Shown: one piece after another, positions 56,033 to 64,000 of the stretch
How the letters are laid out: every line of letters begins with the position of its first letter
Position numbering within the stretch: the first letter of the stretch is position 1
IMG/VR virus record: IMGVR_UViG_3300028833_000101
Coordinates: 1-64,000 of that record
Length of the DNA: 64,000 bases
Reading direction: 5' to 3' (one strand)
Source of the DNA: a virus
Taxonomy: Duplodnaviria > Caudoviricetes
Translations under genes and position numbers: made by a program
Notes under the pieces: generated by a model
The model's input: only the letters and a program-made list of their open reading frames with translations
The model's database searches: none
What the model was told of the DNA's origin: nothing

Positions 56033-59000
56033 ATGGCAGACTATTTAATTAAAAACCAATATGTTCCAAGTAAATATATTAAAGTATTTCCTTGTAGCTA
56101 TAGAGGTCTATATGAAAATGCACTAACAGGCCAAAAGTATGCATTCGACCCAGAATCAAGACTATTGTCTGAAGCTAACCTAAGAAATCTTCCTGGTAAT
56201 GTTGGTGGCAGAGATAGTTATATTATAGACTATACCTCAGATAAAACTTTAAAATGTGTTATTGGTGGATATTATTTTGAAATTTATCAGATTGAATTAA
56301 GTGATTTAGTTCAGGGCGATAATCCAAGATTTCTTTATATTAAGACTGTTAATGTTCCACTTAAAGAAAATGATGATGGTGCCATCAATATTGATAGTGA
56401 TAGAAAAACTACTAGATTAGCAAGCTTTTCTTCAGATAGTGCAGACTTAGATGATAATGATGGTGGTCAAAGTGACTATTACTTTACTGGATTAGTCTGT
56501 CGTTTAGCATCACAAGCTCCTGAATATACTGCAATGCTTCAACCAGTGATTATTAAAGATGGTGAACCAGTTTTAAATAAAGATGCCCGTTTACCAATTT
56601 TATACTCTGGTAACGGAACACCATCAGTAAGAATAAATAATACTGTCAGTGCTGATGGTCAATATAGCTTAGCTCAAGGCATTAGCACAAAAGCATCAGG
56701 AGTTGGCGCCCATGCTGAAGGCCAATTAGCTAATGCTAAAGCAGATTATTCTCACGCAGAAGGTTATGATACTACAGCAAATGGTAAATGGTCTCATACA
56801 GAAGGCCTTAATGCTACAACAACTGCTAATGGTGAATATGCTCATGCAGAAGGTGAAAAAACAGAGGCACAAAAGAAAGCCTCCCACGCTGAAGGTTATA
56901 TTACAAAAGCAAGAGGTGATTATGCGCACACTGAAGGTTTTAGAACAGAAGCTACTGCTGAAGCTGCTCATGCTGAAGGCCTAGGATTAGATGATGCTAC
57001 TAAAACAATTGCATCTGGCAGAGGCGCACATGCTGAAGGTGAAAGTACTCGTGCAAATGCTGTTGCTTCTCATACTGAGGGTAAGAATACTCAGGTTGAT
57101 GCAAATTATGCTCATACTGAAGGTATAGATACATTAGCTACTGGTGAAGGTGCTCATGCTGAAGGTCACTATACTGAAGCAAGAGGTGCATATTCTCATG
57201 CTGAAGGTGAAGGCACAAACCAAAATCCAAGAAAAAGAGTTATTGCATCTGGACATGGTGCACATGCTGAAGGTAAATGAACTGAGGCCAGTGGTGCAAA
57301 TTCACATGCTGAAGGTAATGGCACAACTGCTAGTAATGATGCTGCACACTCTGAAGGTTTAAATACAACTGCCTCTGGCAAATATTCACATGCTGAAGGT
57401 AAAGAAACAGTTGCTTCTGGTGATTATTCACATGCAGGTGGTATTGGCACAAAAGCAAGTAGAGAAGGTCAAACTACTGTTGGTAAATATAATAAAGAAG
57501 ACGATGGTGAATTTATTGTTGGTATTGGTACTGGCAATGCTGCAAATTCTAGAAAAAATGCAGTTGTTGTGAATGGGGCCACTACTAAAATTTGTAATAC
57601 ATTAGAAGTTAAGAATGATAGTGGAACTACTACATTTACTACAAGCCCAGATCAAACAAATATTACTACAGCAACCAACAATATTTCTGGTGCTACAAAT
57701 ACAATTGATGGAACTGCAAGCACATCAATTAATGTTAATAAAGTTGAGAAAGTAAAAGTAGAAGCAACTACAACTACTCTTAAAAATACTGCTTTAAATA
57801 CTTCTGCTACAACTACTTCTATTAAGTGTGGAGACACTGAAAAAATAGGCATTACTACGGATACAACAACAATTAGTGGCACAACAGTTGCAGTTAAGAA
57901 TTCTGAAGACCATAAAATTGAAATAAATAATACTGCAACTAATATTTATGGAAAGGTAAATATTTTGGGCAATGCTGTTACAACTGGAAGTATTACCAGC
58001 AGAGATGGTAATATTATTATCGGAGACGGCACAGGCAAAAATTGTGCAATCACTTATGCTGATAAATTTGAGTCAAAACAAGTATTAGCTCTCAGAACAT
58101 CTGCTCTAGACCCAGATGGAAATCCAGCAAATGGTGCAACAACCACTGCTAACTGAGGCTGTGGACTTATCCTTGGTGGAGATGGTACAACTGTAATTAA
58201 AGGGGGAGAAGCTGGTACTACTAATGATTATTTTACAAATACTATTACTAATTGAAATAATGAAAAAATTTATCTTGTTGCTGATGGTGGTATCGAGCTC
58301 AAATCTAATACTCAAGAAGGCGCAAGTAAGGCTAAAACTTGATATTTTAATAATGATGGAACATTAGTTTGCCCAGGCCCAATTAATGGTAGAATTGCTT
58401 ATACTGTTACTAATGGTGATGCCTCTGATGTTGTTAATATTACTATGGGTAATAATGATGTCTTTAGAATTAGAGGCTATGGCAAAGATGACGTATCATA
58501 TTTAGAAATTGCGACAGCAGACAATGGTAATGAAGCTATTCACTTCCGTCAATATCAATATAAAGAAAATGAAAGTCCTTGGGCAGTTGTTGCACATGAA
58601 TTTACTGCATTAGATACTGATGGTAAAACTAAGGCAAATGACTTAGTAGTTAATGAAAGCTTTAATTTTGCTAATAATAAAGTATACTTTAATAAAACAA
58701 ATACTAGTGCTAGTGGCACATTTAATGTTAATAATAAAATGTGTATTCATGATACTGGCTATATCTATACTCAAGATTCTATTAAAGCTGATGAAAACAT
58801 TGAAGCTTTAAAAACTATTAAAGCAAAAACATTTAATGCTACTTCTGATGCAAGATTAAAAGAAAATATTAAAAAGTTCGAACCATCTAAATCAATCTTA
58901 GACCTTCCAGTTTATAAATATGATTTTATTGATGGACCAAAAAATCAAATAGGATGTTTAGCTCAAGACCTTGAAGAAATCTGTCCTGAAATTGTTGATA

Positions 59001-59107
59001 AAGATAAAGATGGTTATCTAACAATTCAAGAAAGTAAGCTTGTTTATCTATTACTTGAAGAAGTTAAAGCTCTTAAAGCTGAAATTAAAGAATTAAAAAA
59101 TAAATAA
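56033..59107 (+). CDS. Tail fibre with YadA-like head repeats and C-terminal peptidase S74 chaperone, 1024 aa
   Basis: About 16 H(A/T/S)EG repeats; SDARLKENI...IGCLAQDLEEICPEIV; joined by TGAs. Confidence 0.85.
56660..57445 (+). repeat. Approx. 14-aa xxH(A/T)EGxxTxAxG tandem repeats (catgctgaagg core)
   Basis: 16 H-x-E-G units plus degenerate ends in the fibre. Confidence 0.85.
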
Positions 59108-59124
59108 ATCGTATAATATAATAT

Positions 59125-59469
59125 ATGAATTTTGATAAATTATTAGAAGATTTTTTACGCTTACCACAAACTTTAGAAGAAGCTATTGAATATGTAAAAA
59201 ATAATCCAGTAATGAATGCCACAATTGAAGACCTTGCTTTTAAACAAACTGTTATCAATGTGTTAATTCTTGCTGGGCTTGTTTCTGAAAATGATTTTAA
59301 TGCTTCTGTTGAGCATTTTAAAAATCAACTTTATGAAGACTTTGGAAAAGAACTATTACGTGAATCAGTTGAAGTCGAAGCAAAAGAAAAGCAACTTGAA
59401 GAAGAATCTGATATAGATACTGATTGGGATGATGAGCTTCCTCCTGGTAAAAAATACTACGATGCTTAA
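59125..59469 (+). CDS. Hypothetical protein, 114 aa, probably leaderless
   Basis: TATAAT at 59112-59117, 7 nt before ATG; no SD. Confidence 0.65.
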   Translation: MNFDKLLEDFLRLPQTLEEAIEYVKNNPVMNATIEDLAFKQTVINVLILAGLVSENDFNASVEHFKNQLYEDFGKELLRESVEVEAKEKQLEEESDIDTDWDDELPPGKKYYDA

Positions 59470-59493
59470 AGAACCTTATAGGTTCTTTTTTTA
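59468..59493 (+). terminator. Intrinsic terminator
   Basis: aaagaacct-tat-aggttcttt plus T tract. Confidence 0.8.
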
Positions 59494-59506
59494 TTGCTTT
59501 ATTATA

Positions 59507-59523
59507 TTTGCTAAATTATTTGA
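59507..59523 (+). promoter_or_regulatory. Putative late promoter (TTTGCTAAATTATTTGA)
   Basis: Motif copy after a terminator. Confidence 0.7.
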
Positions 59524-59551
59524 TGATCTGATTTAAAGGAGAATAAATCAA

Positions 59552-62404
59552 ATGACCGAATTTAAATATTGTGTATATTGTGAAGAAGAGCCAGCCATCT
59601 GTTTTGAAAGTGAGGCCGAAGCTATGAAATTTGCTCGTGAGGATACAAGTATGTATAATAGTGTTAGAGTTGAAAAATCTGAAATAGACGAAGATGGTGA
59701 TGTCTTAAATACTGAAGTTCTTTGAACTGCTAGTGGTAATAATGTTCCAGAAAAAGAAATAGTTCCTGAGAATGAATTTGAGACAGAATTTCCAGAATCT
59801 GATATTGCTAATATTGACACTTCAGATGATGTAGATTATGATGAACTTGCAAGACAGTATGCAGAAGACCCAGCTGATTGAATTGATGATAATAAATTAA
59901 TTAAAGAAGCTGTTGATGTTCTAGAAGAAAATGAAGATGAAGTTGAATGCAAAGTTTGTTTTGAGCTTGGTCCTAAAGCTGAAATGAAAAAATTAGATAT
60001 TGGTTATGTTTGTCCAAAATGTGCACAAGAATTACAATCACATCAAGGCACAAATTTAGATTTACTTGATAATGACCCATTTAGTCTAGATTATGAAGAC
60101 CCAAGAGACTTTGATGAACCTGAAGAGGAAGAAGTCAAAGAAGAACCTGTCAATGGCACTGAGATGAGAAAACATGAAAAAGCAATCGAAGAAGAGCTAA
60201 AAGTTATTATAGATTTTAGTGAATATAAACCTTGGTCTGGTGCTGTTGATACTTATGAATTAATAAAAGATGCTGATAAATTAGATGAACTTGAAGCTTA
60301 TCTTGAAGAATGTTACCCAGAGGGAGTTACCGCCGGAACAATTAATGATATTCTTTGGTTTGACAGTGAAGAAATTTTAAAATATCTTGGACTTGGCGAC
60401 GTTGAAGAAGATGAAGAAGAAGTTGATGAATCATTAAATGAAGAAGAAACTTTTAAGCAAGGTTTTGATTCTTATAATGCTTATGGAGAAAAAGTCGAAG
60501 AAAATTTAGAAGAAAAAGTTGACTTACCAGCATTTGATAGTGATGTAAAAGTTGGTGATAAAATTAGAATTATTCATTTAGAAGGTGAAGATAATTCTTA
60601 TGATGGAAAAGAAGGTGAAGTCACTAATATCGATTCTATTGGACAACTTCATGGAACTTGAGGCGGATTAGCTGTTATCCCAGGTGTTGATCAATTTGAA
60701 GCTGTTATTGAAGAGCATGTTAATGATAGACCAGCTGATATTGAAAGCGACCAAGTTTTACAAGGTGCTGATAATGCAGTAGTTGATTGCGATGTTGCAA
60801 AAGTAATTGCACATAGTGAAGATGAAAAACCATTAGACTGCAAAATGGAAAAGCCTGCTTTAGAAGAACCATTAGCTGGTGAAGAAGTTAAACCTGACCT
60901 AGTTGAAGCTAAAAAAGATGATGAGTTACCTGTTGACCCAGAAGCTGCTAAACTTGAAGTTCATACAATGTTAAATGATTTGGTGGCAGATGAAATCGAA
61001 GCTATCAATGGTTATGAAGAAGCTAAGAAAGAAATTCTTGATACTCCAATTGCTCATAAAGATAATATTTTAGATACTATCGACCACGTTGAAGATGAAG
61101 AAAAAGAACATGTTGATGAATTAATTAGCGCAACAACTGAAATTCCATTTGATAAAGAAGAAGCTCCAGCTCCAGTAGTTGAAGAACCTGTAGTTAAAGA
61201 AGAACCACTTGATCAAGAATTTCCAGAAGTTGATGAAAACTTAGAAGAAGAAGTATCGGAAGATAAATTTGCTGAGGTAGAAGCCTATTTAAAAAATGCA
61301 GATAGAGGCTCTATCGATTTTGAATGGGAGACCGATGAAGATATCTGTAATGGCTCAATTCTTTGAAATGAAAAGAAAGAAAGATTTGAAGCTGGCTTAA
61401 GCATTTATCATGCCAGTGAAGATAATAATGCAGAATACCCAGAAATGCACACTGATGAAGAAGATGCATCTGCTAAAACTATTAAAGAGCTATATAAATT
61501 ATTAGTCGATGATTATGGTGAAGAATTTAAAAACGCTTTTGAAGATGCAATAAATCATAAAGAGTTAACTGAAGAAAAAGCCAAACCAGAAGGCAACAAA
61601 GTTCTTAGCTATAATAAAGCATTGGCTATCGCAAATTCTGAAGGAAAACCTGTTATTTATGGTTATACAAACACTTCTTATAATGGAAAATACTTTGAAG
61701 TAGACCCAATTGTTTGTAATAGTGTAAGTGATGAAACTAAAAAATTTAAACAACAATATAAGAGCGCTGGAACAGTCTATGTAGCATACCCAGGCAAAAG
61801 CTTTATTGAAAGCTTAAGAGAAGCTGCCAATGTAGACTATGTTGAATATATGCATTCTTATTGCAATGCTCTTGAACCACATATGGACGAGCTTAAAAAA
61901 ATTGAAGATGTCGAAGAACTTAAAAAAGCAATCTTAGATATTGTCAATAAAGACCCAGATGTTAATACTACTGAAAAGAAAAATAAATTTGTCTGGCTAA
62001 TTAAGAATAAAAAATGGGGTTCTACTAAGAGTATTATGAAATACCTAGAAAAAGCAATGAATAAAGCTAAAGGTATTGAAGTTAAAGTTGATGACAATGG
62101 TGAGCTTATTAAAGAAGATATTGAAGAAGCTGACCCAAAAGAAACACAATTTGTTTTCACACCAGAAGAACAAGCAGAATATAATTGTGACGAAGATGGT
62201 AACTGTGAAGATGGCTATGACCAATTATGCCATTGTGGTTGGTGTGGTGAAGTATTCCCTACAAGTGAAATGCGCCATGAAGTTGACTTTGGCTGAATTT
62301 GTTCTAGATGTGAAGACGAATTAAAATCACATGGTGGTCCACTTACATTTATTGAAGAAGCAGTCGAAAAGAAAGACCCTAAAGATGCTACTAAAGAAGC
62401 TTAA
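59552..62404 (+). CDS. 950-aa multi-domain acidic protein: two Zn ribbons, DUF4314-like domain and ferritin-like helical pair, separated by LxE linkers
   Basis: RBS AAGGAG and ATG 59552; track ORFs 59984, 60845 and 61445 in the same frame, joined by TGAs; ends TAA 62402-62404. Confidence 0.75.
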
Positions 62405-62415
62405 GGAGCTGTAAA

Positions 62416-63012
62416 ATGATTAAGACAGACTTTATTAATTTATATGAAGAATTAAATCAACTTAATGAAACATACTGCTTAGAACTTGATGGATATAAAG
62501 TTGGTGATTTAGTTGAATATAAACGTATTAATCCTGAGCACAAAATCGGAGAAGATGATTATAAATTAGCCCATGGTATGATATTAGATGTCTGGCCAGA
62601 AGATGAAAATCATAATCATACTATTGGCATATTTCAATTAGATAGTTGGGGTGCATATGACACTCCATCAAAAAATATTACTAAAAAAATAAGTATAACA
62701 GATTTAACATCTGAAGAAAAAAATATTTATAATAAAGCTAAAAAATTTGCAGATGATAGAATTAAAGAATTGGGCGGAAACAGCACTGCAGTAAAAGATG
62801 AAAATAAATCTGATACTAAACAAAAAGCTGCTCAGTTATCTAAAAAGATTATAAAAGCTTTTAAAGATGCTGGACTTGCAACCGATGAGCTAATTGTTAA
62901 AAATGGTGTTGGCAAAACTAAAGCTTCTGCAAAGCTAAAAAAATTAAAACAAAGTTTATTTGGTGAAAGCCTTGAAGAAGACTTTGAAGAAGAAATAGAT
63001 TTAGACGAATAA
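62416..63012 (+). CDS. Hypothetical protein with KOW/SH3-like domain, 198 aa
   Basis: YKVGDLVEYK...GMILDV; N-terminus FINLYEELNQLNE and C-terminal ESLEE. Confidence 0.65.
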   Translation: MIKTDFINLYEELNQLNETYCLELDGYKVGDLVEYKRINPEHKIGEDDYKLAHGMILDVWPEDENHNHTIGIFQLDSWGAYDTPSKNITKKISITDLTSEEKNIYNKAKKFADDRIKELGGNSTAVKDENKSDTKQKAAQLSKKIIKAFKDAGLATDELIVKNGVGKTKASAKLKKLKQSLFGESLEEDFEEEIDLDE

Positions 63013-63165
63013 ATATTGTATATTATAACGAGCGAACATAAAGCATTAAGGAGATAAGCCCCAGCTTAATACCTAATGCGAACTCATTTTAATAGAAGTG
63101 CTCAAGAGCCTGATAGAACTGGTGGAGAGTGCTGAGCAACTAAATAGAATTAGGAGATATTAATA

Positions 63166-63642
63166 ATGAAGTATTACTCAGAAGTACTCGATAAAGTTTT
63201 CGAGACAGAAAAAGAATTAAAAGCTGCTGAAAAAGCAGATGCCGATGAAAAGGCAAAAAAAGAAGAAGCTAAAGCTTTAGTTAAGAAAGAATCAACAGAA
63301 GTTGAAGACTCCTTCAAAGCAAGAAATGCTGCAAGACATGCTTATAACGAAAAACTCGTTGAGGCAAGAAAAATCTACAATGAAGCTTTAAGAAAAGCTA
63401 AAGATGAATTTGAGGCTAGCTTAAAAGAATCAACAGAAGCTTTAGAAAAAGCTGAAGCTGATTATGACACTAGACTTAAAGCTTTCCAAAAAGCCCATCC
63501 AGAAGGTTATCACATTACGCTTAAAGATGGTGATAATGTTGTAACTTATACAAACAATCCAGGCGATTATCAAGTTAGAAATATAGAGAAAGAATTTGAC
63601 GATATGTTAAATATGTTCTCTAACTTACTTAGACGCTGGTAA
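63166..63642 (+). CDS. Coiled-coil hypothetical protein, 158 aa
   Basis: MKYYSEVLDKVFETEKEL..AE; RBS AGGAG. Confidence 0.75.
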   Translation: MKYYSEVLDKVFETEKELKAAEKADADEKAKKEEAKALVKKESTEVEDSFKARNAARHAYNEKLVEARKIYNEALRKAKDEFEASLKESTEALEKAEADYDTRLKAFQKAHPEGYHITLKDGDNVVTYTNNPGDYQVRNIEKEFDDMLNMFSNLLRRW

Positions 63643-63877
63643 TTAGCTTCTAAATTCTGGGGCTTAACTAAATAAAATTATTATTCGCCCGAGCAGTACG
63701 ACTTATTGCCAAAGTATCCGTGTTCGTAATGTTAACTAAAATAGCGCGAGAAACAGCAATAAGCAAAAAGGGTAGAAACTATACTTATTTCTAAAGACTT
63801 ATTTATTCTAAACAAAGAGAATAATTGGCTGCGCTATTAGTTAGTTCGAATAAATATAAAAATATTGTATAATATTA

Positions 63878-63990
63878 TGTGAGCGTAATAGCTCATGAAG
63901 TTCATAGTAGCGCTAAGGTAAAACTTAGCATCCTCCCTTCAACAGCAGCTTATCACAATTCCTCCTGGTATGTTGCTGTTTTTCTTTTTT
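63878..63990 (+). ncRNA. Candidate ~110-nt small RNA with three hairpins and two anti-SD motifs
   Basis: TTGTATAAT -10 box at 63865-63873; hairpins tgagc/gctca and gctaag/cttagc; terminator aacagcagc/gttgctgtt + T tract; TCCTCCC and TTCCTCCT unpaired. Confidence 0.45.
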
Positions 63991-64000
63991 GCTAAATTAA
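63988..64000 (+). promoter_or_regulatory. Putative late promoter at window edge (TTTGCTAAATTAA)
   Basis: 11th copy, again right after a terminator hairpin. Confidence 0.65.

Noticed and set aside
56660-57445. Regularly spaced catgctgaagg repeats resembling a CRISPR array
   Set aside because: Repeats are short, degenerate at third codon positions and encode HAEG fibre repeats in frame.
43226-59107. Diversity-generating retroelement acting on fibres
   Set aside because: No reverse transcriptase and no template/variable repeat pair seen in this window.
716-62160. Minus-strand and alternate-frame ORFs in the track (e.g. 716..1276, 3901..4596, 18157..18789, 28125..28652, 3888..4409)
   Set aside because: They are shadows of Glu/Ala/Asp-rich + strand genes (Ser/Phe/Leu-rich antisense translations) without RBSs.
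63098-63140. SAM-I riboswitch-like words (TCAAGAG, GGTGGAG, GCAAC)
   Set aside because: Spacing and the P1-P4 architecture do not fit; kept only as a generic structured leader.
63655-63855. tmRNA/tRNA-like hints (GGGGC start, GTTCGAAT)
   Set aside because: No T-stem, acceptor stem or CCA end can be formed; no tRNA recognised anywhere in the window.
1-64000. Many apparently broken genes suggesting pseudogenes or a decayed prophage
   Set aside because: All breaks are in-frame TGA at Trp-compatible positions, with no frameshifts or TAA/TAG; explained by code 4.
1-64000. TGA as Gly (code 25) or selenocysteine
   Set aside because: TGA aligns with conserved Trp in Stealth, gp6, portal and DUF4314-like motifs, and is far too frequent for Sec.

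Overview
This window is the virion-morphogenesis half of a large, AT-rich, T4-like (myovirus-type) phage genome. Essentially all genes are on the + strand. The key to reading it is that TGA is not a stop codon but encodes Trp (translation table 4). The supplied ORF track is therefore fragmented. Read with TGA=Trp, the fragments join in frame into full-length genes that all end in TAA/TAG and mostly start behind AGGAG-type RBSs. Gene order: (1) a block of probable capsid-internal/ejected proteins, including a MoxR-type AAA+ ATPase, an HExxH metallopeptidase, a vWA protein, 1144-aa and 776-aa multi-domain proteins and an ADP-ribosyltransferase-SWIM fusion; (2) terminase, portal, prohead protease-scaffold fusion and major capsid protein; (3) a three-gene glycosylation cassette, including a GT2-Stealth fusion; (4) neck, sheath, tube, an RHH regulator, tail chaperone and tape measure; (5) baseplate, with a 1521-aa spike-fibre fusion, a 1797-aa gp6-like wedge and a YadA-repeat fibre; (6) a second 950-aa multi-domain protein and a structured non-coding end. 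An intergenic motif TTTGCTAAATTA (11 copies, usually just after an intrinsic terminator) looks like a phage late promoter. Most interesting candidates: multi-domain 'polyprotein' cargos whose domains are separated by prohead-protease-type (E-S/N-)L-x-E sites; a virion-glycosylation cassette whose two transferases share a C-terminal DG(K/R)xxC(Y/F)LYF tag; a possibly packaged MoxR/peptidase/vWA machine; and a small RNA carrying anti-Shine-Dalgarno motifs. All family assignments come from motif recognition by eye; no searches were run.
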